The notes under the pieces were generated by a model that ran no database searches, was not told the origin of the DNA, and saw only the letters and a list, made by a program, of their open reading frames with translations. A DNA stretch of 64,000 nt, from positions 5,582,001-5,646,000 of the forward strand of contig CM097885.1 in assembly GCA_044892525.1 (NCBI GenBank), in the 5' to 3' direction. This document shows, piece by piece, positions 25,674 to 39,600 of the stretch (its first letter is position 1; each line of letters starts with the position of its first letter). A program made the position numbers and the translations under genes. Source of the DNA: Schmidtea polychroa. Taxonomy: Eukaryota.

Positions 25674-26514
25674 TTTTTGTCAATTACTATTTTTTTGGTG
25701 GTTTTCTTGTAAACTCTAGCATAGTCAGATTAAATTCAGTAGAGTTTTCGACATAAAATTTTAAATATTTATCTATCATTGTTTCTTCAAAAAATTTAAA
25801 CTGCTTATATTTCATGCAATATTTCTACATATCGAAAGTCTATATGCAAATTTTACTATATGTTGTGTTTGTATGTTAAATTTATTTTTTCTATCACTTT
25901 TTCTACCACTTTTTAATATTGCTTTTATTCTATACAATATTAAAATTCAGCAAACAGGTAAGTTTGTATGGTTTTATAATATGAGTTTATTAATTTTTTT
26001 AATATTATAAATGCTTTTTTTTCAAACAAACATATGTATAAAAGAAGGTTTAGTTATAACATTTCTGTAAGATAGACAATTTTGTATATATTATGAATTT
26101 CGAATCATTTTTATGCATATATGTAACGTACACTAACAAATGTACTAGAATCTACCTTGATCGATCTAAGAGATTGAGTCAAATGTCTTTATGACCTCCA
26201 AGCCTCTCATGTGACAGCTCTTACCAGCTGTATATTGCGCTTGGATAAAAATCAGCTAATATAAATCAGAAGGGCTCAAACTTATCCCAAGTTGTAAATC
26301 CGCAGATGCTCAGAACCCATAAAACATATACATAAAGACGTAGCCAATACAAAATACACAGTAGGTAATGCGGTAATTCCGCCACGAATTAGAAAGTCCA
26401 GGTTTGGATATCTAAGTTATATATCCTTCTGATGAAGAGCAATTTATAATGAAACCAATCATTTATTTAATTAAAAAATTTTAAAAACATGTTTTCATTT
26501 TATCATTTTGACAG

Positions 26515-27270
26515 TTTCAATTTCCAACTTGGAACAGCAAGGTATTCGAAATCGGGTTTAGGCAAAAATTCAAAATGAGTCTTCAATTGAAAGTCAACCC
26601 AGCCCCGTCTTTAGATGTTCGGGTAAAGATCCATTGTTATAACAAGTGTTTAATGGCTCACATGATCAAGTTGACAATAATTAATGATAGAGTTGGCAAT
26701 AGTAGTTCAAGAGATTTGGATCATTTTATTTTTAATTTAAACAATCGTGGTGATATTAGTCCATGGTTTGGTGTGAACCATGAAAAGGTATTCGTTGTCT
26801 TTGGTCGCTTGTCTTATCGCTTAGAGCCGGTCAGATTGTATGGGCGTATAAGCATATTTGAATACGATGAATATAGATATTACATTGAGAATATTAAAGA
26901 CACTGATGTGCCTAATAATCAAGGAATCAAGGAGATAAGTATACGTTATTTTGGTTGTTCAACTCTCTAAATGTGTCATATAGGTACCAGACTTTCAATC
27001 GACAACATAGACCTTAATTACTTCGTTTATTATAAACCAGCACACACTTTTGGATCAAAACTTCATATGAAGGTTAGGATCAAAATGATTTCCTCACTGG
27101 ACCCCTCATTTTATATTGAGAAAGCAACAGATGACATTTTTTATTCTGATCCGAAAATAAAAGGTCCGAATATAAGTTTCAGTTATAAAGAATATTTTGA
27201 GAAAAAGGTCAAGATTACGTCAATGTTTCATTTGGAAGTACTGTCGACTTTGTATTGTTATCATGAATAA
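26515..27270 (+). pseudogene. Paralogue of the 16421-17263 gene, with an in-frame TAA at 26968-26970
   Basis: After acceptor TTTTGACAG the frame reads FQFPTWNSKVFEIGFRQKFKMSLQLKVNP... The two listed ORFs are in the same frame, split by one stop, and together align with the 280-aa ORF. Possible signal-peptide exon at ~25874-25957 ending CAG|GTAAGT. Confidence 0.65.
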
Positions 27271-27789
27271 AATGGCAGTTTATTTATTTCAATAGAAAAT
27301 TTATATTTTTCTTTGGGACAATAATGTTGATGAAAAATCAAAAAGATGTTTAGTGTGTCCTATAAATGGTAGAGTAGATTATAACGAATCGTATGAGCTA
27401 TAAATCTTTAAAATCCATTGAGAATTTTGATGAGAAATCAAAAGAATTAAAATACTTTTATTGAAGTAAAAACGTTAGTAAAGGGGTAAGTTTGAAGTTT
27501 GCCTCTTACAGCTGTCAATATTGATTTTAGTTACCAAACGTTTGTTATCTTTTATTTTCAACTAATATGGCAAATTTAGTCAAGTTTGTTTTCGTTTATA
27601 TAGAGCTACTGCAACATGTATAAATCATATCAATTATGTTTCCAATATTTCGTCTAAATAAGGACAATAAATCTTAAATTTTTTGACACCGCCTAACTAG
27701 TCGTTATTATGCATGTCAGGATCCGGAATTTCATTTTCATACTGAAATGAAATTATGCCAATTATGCCAATGCCAATTGATCTTATCAC

Positions 27790-28431
27790 GACCGATCTTG
27801 GTACGATCCTGGTGATCAACCAACAACATCAATTCGTCGATGTTTGACAGCACAAAAGCACTTTGCAACTATTTGTTGGGATGTGAAAGGAATTCTCCTG
27901 TGTAATGTATTTCATCAAGGAAAAAACATAAACGCAGAAATTTACTGCGCTCAGTTGGATAAACTCGTAGATGCGATTCGAGAAACAAGGCGCCGGTTGA
28001 GTAGAAACAGTTTTGAAAGGTTCCATTTCCTTCATTATAATGCTCAACCGCATACGAAAAGTTTAACTCAAAATAAACTTGTTGAGATCGGTTGTACGGT
28101 AATACGCATCAACCATACTCCCCAGACCTTGCCCTTTTAGACTATTACCTGTGTTCTCCTATGAAAACTCACTTCGTAAGAAAACGTATCACTTCGTCGA
28201 AGAGGTTAACGGTGATTTGGAAAAAATGGTTTGCTTCAAAACCTGCGGAATTTTTTGAAAGCGGCATAAAATAACTTCCAGAATGCTAGCGTAAAAATGT
28301 GGATCTTAAAGGTGATTTCAGATTTACAGAATTGTTCACAGTTTTGTTTATATTTCCAAATTAACTTATTGACTTTATTGGTTAAATAAATATTATTTTC
28401 TATCGGATAAGACTTTCGTTCCAATCTTATA
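27790..28431 (+). mobile_element. Degenerate mariner element (transposase catalytic region and right TIR)
   Basis: ICWDVKGIL...INAEIYCAQLDKL...FLHYNAQPH, then a frameshift to HQPYSPDLA.LDYYL (mariner YSPDLAP motif). Right end ACTTTCGTTCCAATCTTATA. Confidence 0.85.
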
Positions 28432-29770
28432 TTAGTCTTTAACTTTTCATTGATCAATCGCTCATACCCTTTTTTGAAATTTTAATTAATCTTTTGTATT
28501 TAATTTTATTTTTGAATTTTACCTCAGTTTTAATTGTGTTCGATATATTTCTTGTCTTTTAGTTCTTCTTTTTTACTCTGAGACTAAAGAGGTGACGTTA
28601 TCATTAATTGTGAAATAAGCTAACATATCTTAAATCTTGAATTTCATTGTTACTTTCACAGATTTGGAATAAGACTGTAAATCGTATTTATTCTCGAAAC
28701 TTCTTAAATAACCAAATACGAATTTAACAGCTACCACAACGAGTGTGAGCCCAAGACCCGACTACTCAAATGGTTCCGTAAAACCCCAACTTTACACTTT
28801 TTAATGACTCCAAATTTTGTTTGATATATGGAATTTCAATTACGTACAATGCGTTAAATTATTAGTCCAAAATAGTTTACCCCAAGAAACCCGTGGTAAA
28901 AACGGCGCCGACAACAAAAGTGCAGATAAAAAAGAGATATCTCCAACTAGTCCATATATTTTTTTAATCACTATATGTCTTTTTTAGAATCTAGTTATAA
29001 ATACTTAATTCACGATTCGATATAGATTTATATGTCAATTTATTGCCCGCACCGTTTTTGTCTGTGCTGTTTTGTCTGCACCTTTATTGATGGATAACGT
29101 TCAAAACTCTGATTATTATTATGATATTATTAATTATATTATACATATATTATATTCAAGGCTACAATTTTACGTGGCCATTTCATGCCTGATTCAAAAA
29201 GTGAGCCAAATATTAGTTTAAAGTGATATTCCTTAGCTTGAATTGATTTTTGATTCAAAATAAACGAAAATTGATAGGGTTGACTTCAAATATTTTATCC
29301 GGACAAGATACGAGAGTTATTAAACTGCTGGTAATGTCATCATCTTGTTGATTTGACATTAATCCATTAAGTAAATTTTTTACAAAAGTTGATTGACTCG
29401 TTTTAAATGAAAGTATGGGCAAGATTACAGTATTTATACAGAAAATACAACATAAGCTCAGTAACTGAACATAAATATTATTGGTTAGTATATGAACGTT
29501 TTAACAATGACATGTGTCTAATAAGAGCGGTTGACTAACAAAGATATGTGCAATACAAATGCATGATTAACAAAGACATAAGTAAAATTTTTTAAAGATT
29601 TGAATTGTAATATCTTATTCAATTTATATGATAAGACATTGAATAATATGTCATTCGATAGATATTTGTTTGCTCTTTTCAACGATATATAAATTTACAT
29701 GATTTGAATGTTTTCTTGAGTTTTTTTAATTTGTAAATTTTTCAATATTTTTAAATTTAACAATTTGAAC

Positions 29771-31813
29771 CGTATTCCGACAATCCGCCAACACGACAAT
29801 CCAGCAAGTACGACAATTCGCCAAACGACAATCCGCCAAATGACAATCCGCCAACACTAAAAAATTGGCCAACGCTGACATTTATAAAAAAAATATTTGT
29901 AGGTCATCATATTAAAATTAATTCACATGTACTTGTACAACAAATTTGCCTAAATAATCATTCAAATAAAAGCATTAAAATCAAATCAGTATCATTGCGA
30001 CATGTTGAATGTGAGTAGTACTCTTGTGAGCAATACCCATAGGGGGTCAAAACATCTTGTCGGATAAACTCAGAGTATATATAATAAAACGAATTAACTC
30101 ATTCAAATTTATCTTTGAATCAGTCAAATTATCACAAATTTTGATAAAAAATCTTGTTTACCTCTCAGCCAGTTAAATTGTTTAAATATTTAATTAAAAT
30201 TTTATATTAAACCAGGGGTTCTTAACCTTTTTTACATCATACCTCACCTAATATTTAATTTGATGTTCTCACCTCCAGCAGAATTATTTTTTTTAAGAAA
30301 AGATAAGAAACATAATTAGTGGTATACCAACATTACATATATTATTTTATTTTCACCATTTTAATATATTTATAAAAAAAATTATATTTAATTCATACTG
30401 TGATATAAAAAATTATATTTTATATTTAATTCATATTGAAAAAATTTATTTAAAGTTTAAAGATAGAAAATATGTGAAAAATTTAAAGAATAATTCCCAA
30501 ATTCAAAGAATATTTTTTATATAAATACTACAAAATAATAAGGCAGCATTAATGAGATGATTGTTGCTGCTTGTCGTCAATAAGATGCGAAATTCGCGGA
30601 ACAATCTTAGACAATGCTAAGCGCATGTCATGCCTGGCATCCAATCGATTTCTGGTTTTCGGCTTTACATTGACCAATGTTGAAAATGCAGATTCGCAGA
30701 GGTATGTTGTTGCAAATGGTATCAAAGCTGAAAGAGCTTTATTTGCCAAAACCGGATAAGAATCTATTTGTGAGCACCAAAATTCATCAAGATTTTGGTT
30801 GATAAATTTTTGCCTGACCATAGCCTTGCTCTGTAAATCAATGAGGTCGTCTTTTTGCATGTCAGCATCATCCAAGGAGTCTAAATTAAATATGAAGGGA
30901 TTTCGAATCCACTGATCAATTTTCAAATTGTTTTCTACAAAGTAGTTATCAAAAGAATTCATGAGATTATCCAAATGTATTAAAATATCAGTTCGAATCC
31001 AATCTGGCACCGCTTTTAATAAATATTCAGCACAGAAAATTTTTTCTAGAGATGGGAAATTTGCATAATTACCTTTTGATACGCGGTTCTTCCAAAGAGC
31101 TAGTTTTTGCTTGAAGGCTGTAATCTTCTCATTTGCATCTAAAATAGTAACTTCTGACCCTTGAAGGGAAATATTTAGATCATTTAAATGTGAAAATACA
31201 TCTGCAAGATAGGCCAATGATGCAGTAAAATTGTGAGTTTCAAACTCTCCACACAATTTATTTTCTTTCTCTCGAAGAAATGTTATTATCTCCATTTTGA
31301 GTTCCAGGACACGAGTGAAAACTCGTCCACGTGAAATCCAGCGTACATCAGTGTGATAAAGCAGCATTTCATGAGAAGCTCCAACTTCTTGGCATAATAT
31401 TTTGAAGAGTCTGTGATTCAAAGCTCGAGATCGGAAGAAATTTACAGCTTGGACAGTGATATCCATGGCAGACTTGAGTCTTTGTGGAAGAGTTCGTGAT
31501 GCCAATGCATGGCGATGTAAAAAACAATGCAGAACCATAACATTTGGAGCCCTCGCTCGTACCAATGCTCCAAAACCAGAATTTTTCCCTAATAATTAAA
31601 CAATTACTAGTTGATTCTTATCTTTCAGCGGAGAATTTATTATTAAAATTTTAAAAATATAATAAATTTAAAATGTATGTATGTTAAAACAAAAATTTAT
31701 CGACTTTTTGGCAGATTGTCGCTTTGAACTATTTGGCGGATTGTCATTTGGCGAATTGTCGTTTGGCGGATTGTCGCCAGCCTATTAATGATTTGGCGGA
31801 TTGTCGTACAACC
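29771..31813. mobile_element. MULE/Mutator-like non-autonomous element with repeat-rich TIRs, carrying nested fragments
   Basis: GACAATCCGCCAA repeats at the left end are inverted as TTGGCGGATTGTC repeats at the right end. 9-bp TSD AATTTGAAC at 29762-29770 and 31814-31822. Confidence 0.8.
30213..31592 (-). mobile_element. 5'-truncated hAT Buster/Charlie element (ZBED8/SCAND3-like transposase, C-terminal half; ORF 30549-31565)
   Basis: Motifs HCFLHRHALAS, LLYHTDVRWISRG, LAYLADVF, FATTYLCESAFS and ...QQQSSH*. One TIR CAGGGGTTCTTAACC at 30213. Confidence 0.9.
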
Positions 31814-31989
31814 AATTTGAACATCTTTTTAATTTTAAATGAAAATACATTGATTAATATGTCATTTGACAGATATCATTCTCTACTTTTATCCGATATA
31901 TGGATTATTATATTAGAACACACTAAAAAATATTTATTAAGTATTTAAAATATTTAAAATTTTACTCTGACTCCAAAGCGTATTTTATT

Positions 31990-32738
31990 ATTTCACAAAT
32001 TAACAATCCCGAACAAGATAAGCATTATTTATATTCACAATAGATCGTACAAATTGCAATTACAACCAATTAACTCTAAACCAATTAATCACACAGAGCT
32101 TATAGCGACACTGCGTGAAGAATAGCCGTTCTCGTATAATTTCTGTAACAACAATAATCACTAACCGTCAAATACTCAATTACAGTGTACGTTGATCGAT
32201 TGTTCTATTGTTTTGACTACAAATTTATTCACTCCACTTCCACTTTATATTCAATTTTACAAAAGATTCTCGGCACTCTCTCACTCAATTATTCATTATC
32301 AACCAGTTCTCTTCTGTCCTTTGCGGTACCTGAGATAATTTTGTTTTCGATTTTCTTTTTCCTTTGTATTCCCCGCTACTTCAGCCTTATCTCTAACAGA
32401 TTTCGAGATATGCCTTGTTTTTGCCTTTTCGAGTTGTGCCGTTTTTTCCTGCCATTTTACTATCTTTGATAAGCTGTCAAGATACGGCTTTTCCCATATG
32501 TTTGTTTATTTGGAATTTGAAATACCTCCTCCGTTTGTACTTCTTAATTAACAATGACCTTTGTTTTAATTTTTTGTTGGTTTTTTTTATTTGATCTATC
32601 TTTCTTTCTCATCTTTCATTTCTTTTTACGTCCTTTTTCTCCTCCGAGTTCCCATAGATCATCCCCTTTGTCATGGCGATCTTTCCCCAGGTAATTTACT
32701 TATTTATTATATTATTTGCTATTTAGGTATCCTCAACA
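31990..32738 (-). mobile_element. LTR-like repeat (probable solo LTR); related copy starts at 51404 on the plus strand
   Basis: The minus strand begins TGTTGAGGATACCTAAATA, identical to 51404, and shares ...ATGATCTATGGGAACTC. The left boundary is uncertain. Confidence 0.5.
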
Positions 32739-33371
32739 TTTCTAAGACTTATAAGTTTTTGAACTTTTGACCTTGGTGACCTAAGAACCTTGTAAGGTAT
32801 GGTCTGACATGTTCTCCATGATGGTGCCGATCTTTTAAATCATGTTTGAGCAAATCAAATTTTTTGACTCTTTGAAGGTTTTCACTCGCCCTAGTTGAAC
32901 CCTTGAAGGTCTAAATAGCACCGTAATGTACAGCACACTCGACTCTATCTATGTGGTAAAAATTGTGACCATAAAATAAAGGGGAATTCTTTAAAACGAA
33001 AAAATTATAAAAGTTCTTTGTTAAATGGACATAGCCAAATTTGTGAAAAATCCAAAATGGAGGAAGGGGGTTTAAGTTAAAGTTTGAAAATGAAAATTTT
33101 TTCCTTTGTTAAAAAATACAGAAAATTTTGAAAATAAAAGTATGACTCATTGTCTCTTTTCTTCCAAAAAGTGTGTCTCCATCGGTGACGCATTGCCTTT
33201 GTTCTCCAATGCATGACGCATCATATGGCTCATGTTCTTTCTTTAAATGGACATAGCCAAATTTCTGAAAAAATTAAAATGGCAGGAGAGGTTTAGTCTG
33301 AGTTAGACAGCTCACTTCTATCTAATTGTAATAAATAGTGTTTTTTTATTAAAATGCAATTGTAAGATTAC

Positions 33372-33480
<109 letters not shown>

Positions 33481-33664
33481 TTACAATTGAAAACTTTCCC
33501 AAACTATTTTGTAACAAATTCAATAAATAATTTGGTGAGTGTAAAAATTGATTATTGTGCACAAATTTACATGCGATCGATTTGTGAAATCCACCAATGA
33601 AAAAGCTAGCAGAAAAATTGTGAATTCAATCAATAATTTCACTGATTGACTGAACCAAAAAATC

Positions 33665-36600
33665 ATGTCACAGACACATCATTCGATATTTGAAGATCAA
33701 GCCAAGGAACTGTATTTTCTCTGTGATGAGGAGAAAAAAGGATTTATTACCAAGGAAGACATGTATCGACTAACTGACCATTTACCGTTGAATAAAGAAC
33801 AATTCGAATCGGTTTTTGATTCTTTGGATGATGATAATAATGGAAATTTGACATTGGAAGAATTCATAGTCGGTTTCAGTATGGACGATTCTAAAGGATA
33901 TGACATTTTATCCCAGTTGTCTAGGTAAATTCTTAGGAGCACCGGTCGAAATTCCCCACGATGATGATTTGGAATTCGAAGATGAGGGATCATCCCTTCA
34001 CCATGTGGCCCAGGAGCATTTGGAACATCTTATAGAAAAAATGAAAATTGTTGGATTAACCGAAGAGTAAGTTTCTTGAATTAAAGAGACATTTAAAATT
34101 TAGTAATACTTGTATGATATTTCAATTAATTTCCCCATTCTTAAAATATTATATAATACGTGGGACTACAGGTATATACAATAGGTTCTTGGGGGAGGGG
34201 CTTTCAGTGTTGATTTCCTACAACAATAATTATCACACGTGTTCCTTATATTTTGTTAATCCTGGCTAATATTCGCGCCTCCCAGTTTAGGAAACACTGA
34301 ACTAGAGCTAAGAAAAGCACTTGCACTTAATACTTTCGCTACGGGGCGCTTTTGCATAATTTGTGTCTCAGTATGGCATGCAAACGGCCGTGTGGATTTA
34401 CACGGTTTTAGTGGTTTAGTTTCATTTGTTAAATAATTTATTTTATGTATTTACATGGTAAATTATAAAAATGATACGCAAACACGTAATAATATGAATA
34501 ATAAATATCATAAAATATGCTTGTTTGTGTGGTATATTTCAAAACATTGTTGACGAACAAGATGAAACATGCCAGCGGGTCGGTACAAATAATGAATACT
34601 CGTAAATCAATATTTCACATGTTTATAACAATTTTATTAGTCTGTATCATAATTAGAATACATCGGATTCGTTTGGTTCCCGTAACAAGTAATAAAATTT
34701 TGCTTTCGTATTTATCCGACTCTCGTATTGCGGCTTCGTGCGGTTCCCGTGGCGAGAGGGTTAACCAATTAGATGTAACTCAAGTACACTCATACCTCGC
34801 TTTACGGCCTAGATACGTTCCAGGAAAGTTGGCCGCAAAGCGAAACGCCGCATAACGAATCAAATATTTTGATACAATTCCATACACTTTCACATACACA
34901 ATTCACACTTTTTTTGGCCGTATAACGAAACATTTTAGGCCGTAAATCGAAAAAGTGCCGTTATTTATTTCATAGGAGTTTGTGAAAAAAGAATTAAATT
35001 TATTTGTTAAATTATGGACATTTTTGTGCAAGCATTTACCGGAAATTAAAACTTTAAAATTTCTTATTCATGAAAAACGGACACGAAAGCATGGGATAAT
35101 AATATTGTTATATTAATAAATAACTTATCCATTTTGCACTCACGCGTTTACCTATTGCAGGAACCATGTTTATTTACGAATGGACCTTTGCTGTTAGTAT
35201 AAATAATTAATAATATAATAATTGAGACGGGGAAGAGAGAAGTTGATCTGATCAATTGCTATCATGATCCACCCAATCAAGGCATTTTATGTATCGGAAA
35301 TTAAAGAAATAAGGATAACTTACCCACTGCCAACCGTATTACTAATGAATCAAATGTTGCTTTTTCATAATTTGAATTCATTAAATTACCAATAAAATTT
35401 TAGATTATTTAACTTATATTTTAGCATTGACAATATAAAAGAAACTTGGAATCAGTTGCAGAACAGCAATGCCGAATTACTGAGCCATTTCGAAACTTTG
35501 ATAGAAACCATCATATCAGACATGCACAAAACTAAAAATGAATACAGTACATTGGAGGGGGTGCTGAAAAAGTAAATTATATAATACTTTATCCATTTAT
35601 GTATTTAAGCAAATCGAACATTTACGACGAGGAAATGAAACGACTATATGACGAAATGGATCTTCAAATAAAAGCGGAAAAAGAACGGATCTTGAACGAA
35701 GTTAATTTCACATGAACTTTAATTTGCTATATTCATAAGTCCTTAGGAAAAGAAACGAGAAAAAGAAATTAAAGATAATTTAGAAATAGAAATACGTGAA
35801 AAAGATAAACTGTATCAGGAAATTTTAAAAGATCATGACAAAGTAAATTTTAACCACGATTATTAATTATTCACCTTTTCTAGACAGCTAAAGAACTGCA
35901 AAGCTTAAGTGACATTCATTCAGAATCAAGTCAAGAGCGTGAAAGATTAGAAAAAGAAAAAAATGAACTAGAAAATAAACTCAGAGCAACTGACAAATCT
36001 CTCCGAGACTGCCAAGAATACATCGATGAACTTAACAAAAAATCAAAACAGGATCGGAGAAATCGAGCTAGAGCCGCAATCGAAATGACAGAAGGCATAG
36101 CTTTAGAACGTGAAAGCTTGGTTCGTCAACTTGATGAATTAAGGTACCAATCACTAATTGTGGCCCTAAAGAGGGCCATTAAAACATTCACAAAATTATT
36201 TAACTAGATTCTTTTGGTGTCTTTTTCGGTAACAAAATGGCTTGAATATTCGGTAAAACACCACCTTGAGCAATTGTAACTCCTCCAAGAAGCTTATTCA
36301 ATTCTTCATCGTTTCGAATGGCCAATTGCAAATGACGGGGAATAATCCTAGTTTTCTTATTATCTCTAGCCGCATTACCCGCCAATTCCAAAACTTCAGC
36401 TGCTAAATATTCGAGAACTGCAGCCAAATACACAGGTGCTCCAGAACCAATGCGTTCAGCATAGTTTCCCTTACGTAGTTTTCGATGTATACGACCTACT
36501 GGGAACTGTAACCCTGCCCTTGAACTTCGAGTTTTAGCTTTAGTTCGCGTTTTGCCTCCACTTTTTCCTCGTCCACTCATAATTATAATTAGTGTTTAGA

Positions 36601-39600
36601 TACATAATCATGTTGTACTTCGGTTATATACTTAAATAATTACTATACATTTTTTTGGAATTATTACGTTGTGGTTGTTTCAAATTTTTTACGTTGCAGT
36701 ATTACAAAATTTCCAAATTAAAATTAATATCTTTATAAATAAATATTGCTTATTCATTCAGAGAAATAAATAAACAGTTACAAGAAGAAAAAGCTAGAAA
36801 ATTAGAAAAATCCAATTTTTTATCTTCAAATGGCTCTATGGATCTTTATAAAGAATTATCAATGGCACAGGAACAAAGTGAGCCAAAAGTAATCGATGTG
36901 GCAGATTTAAAGAAAAAGCGTGGGTCAATTTTAAGCAGCTATTTTATACCTAAGTAATCACAATTTAATGTATAAGTTTTGTGATTTTTATTAGAATAAG
37001 TGTCGATCAAGTGACGCGGGAACGTTGCCAAAGCATTACATATGATGATGAAGATGTGTTAACCGATTTAGGAGTTTCATACAACGATTTCAGTTATGAT
37101 TCAATAAGAGTCGAAAATAGTATTATAAGTAGTCATAATCCGATTCAATCAACAAGTGTAGTACTTTCTCCGTCTTATCAAGAAATGGAAATTCAAACTA
37201 TAATTGACGATGAGTTTATATATTAAATTATATAAATGTATTAATGCTATATAGAGAAAATCTTGGTGAGAGATCTCCTCCTGATGGAGCGGTGGAAGAA
37301 GTTGATATTATAGTAATTTCTTAGTTCTTGATAATTTAAAATGCGATAATGTTTAATATACAAATTGTGCACAATTTTTGCAAGTCAAAGTTTTTACAAA
37401 TTTTTACAAATCCAGATATTTATTATCATTCTGCTATAAATTCGCACTTCATTTTAGACAAATTTGAAAAACTGCAGTTGTAAGGCTAAAATTTTATGTA
37501 AGATGTAATATTTAAAAAAAATTGTTATTTATAAATACTAATAAATATATCGACGTTCCTTCCAATTTATTGATTTCTATAATGTCAATCATTTAATTAT
37601 AGCAGAGGAAATTGAATAACATTTCTGTTATATGGATTTTAAAGAAATATTTTTAATTTATTCAACTGAAATGCAATGTGGAACAACATTTTATGAAGCA
37701 TGTACAAATTAGAAATACAAAGCTCTAATTAACACTGGCCTCCATTTAGAATGAATGTGACAGAAATATAATTCAACAGAAAAGCTTCTTATTTAAATAT
37801 AAGCATTTTAAGATTATAATATTACGACATTTTTGCTTTAGTTTCATCGGCACATTACCCCATCCACCTTATTGTATTATATCAAATTAATAAATCAATT
37901 TTATTTTAATATATGATTATTCACAATTTAATTTACAAAGAGTGCCCATCAACATTTGCTCAAGATCTTGATTTGATTACAGCAATCAGGCCATACAGTA
38001 CAACTTCCTCCACTATCCACCAAAAGAACGTATGGAATAAAATTTGAATATCAACAATACTTGATTTCCAAAATATATATTTTATTTATATTAAATATTT
38101 ATTAATAGTGTAATAAGGGGGAATAAACTGCATAAGTACCTATTCATCTTGAGCAGGGGTGGGCAAAAGTAGGCCCGTTGAAAAATCCCACATGCAATTT
38201 TTTAATCTCATGCGATTTTGTTGAAATCAACAGTATTAGTGTGCGTAGTGTACATATAAATAATGGACAGTATTATAATTTTGAACAGCCGTAACCATAC
38301 TACTTTAATGTATAAAACATACTCACAAAGCGCGTGGTTGGCTGACTACATAAAATTGAACGTGTGCTCATCTCAGTCTTCGAGGGATGACAGGTCACAT
38401 TACGCGTACTGTTTACACCTAACTGCGAAAGTTACCATATTTATTATAGGAATCTAAAAAGTGAGAAAATAATTAAGCATACAAACAGCACACATAATGA
38501 AAAATACATACAAACTTAATAAAGTGTTTTTTTGCGAAATTAACATTGATTAACATATAATTAACATCAATATTTTCAAATTATTTAAAAAGTTATGCAC
38601 AAAAAAACTTTTGAATCAGATTCCGACTGCTCTACCTTGAGTTTTAGAGAAAAAGAAGAAAATACATCGTAAGATTTAATTATATAATAATTAAGAATAT
38701 AAAATTTCTTTAAATTTACAAATTTTGAAGAAGGTCCTTCGATATCTTTGAATTTGCAGGAAAAAATCGTAAATTTTAATAAATTATTTTAACAAATTAA
38801 TATTTTCATAGAATTACAGAAATAGACAAAATTCGAAAGATTACAAAAACTTAAAAATATATTTTATCCATTCTTTCCTAAATGTCTTAAAAAATAAATG
38901 TTTGGTGAATACTTTATTTATTTATAATTATAAAAATATCTAACTTACATTTTTACGAAATAAATCCAAATAAGTCCAAATAAAATATCATAAAATTCCT
39001 AAAAAACACCTGAAATTTAATTATGAATGTTATATTATAAATGCTGACTAGCAATAATATTAAGAACTTGAATAATGATCTCATAATTATATAAAATCAA
39101 AATTCAAGCCCTAAAAATTACTTAAATTCAAAAACTTACCTTAAAAAGATTTTTGAAAAATTGAAAAAATGAAATTAAGTTAACATTGTCATATAATTGG
39201 TGACTCACCTCAGCTGGTGTGCACACCAACGTATATTATAAACAATGTTAACTTTCGCAGTTAGGTGTATTTTGATTTAGCACTGATCACATACTCGTCG
39301 TCATTTCTTTTAAGATCACGTTTCCCATTTACTATAAGTATTCTATTTTAACGTTTGATGTTTGTCTTTTCTTTTTAAAATTCTATTTACTATTATATTT
39401 ACAAAATGCAATATAAACATAAAAATTTAATAACTATGTATCAATATTAAATGTTTTGTAGCGTTAAGATATAAATAAATAACAAAATAAAATCTGTCAT
39501 TAACTGTTTTATTTAATGATCATTAATTTAAAATAATGCATCATATTTCTTTAAAAATTACGTGACATTTTACTGGCAAAAATTGTTCGCATGTACACCC

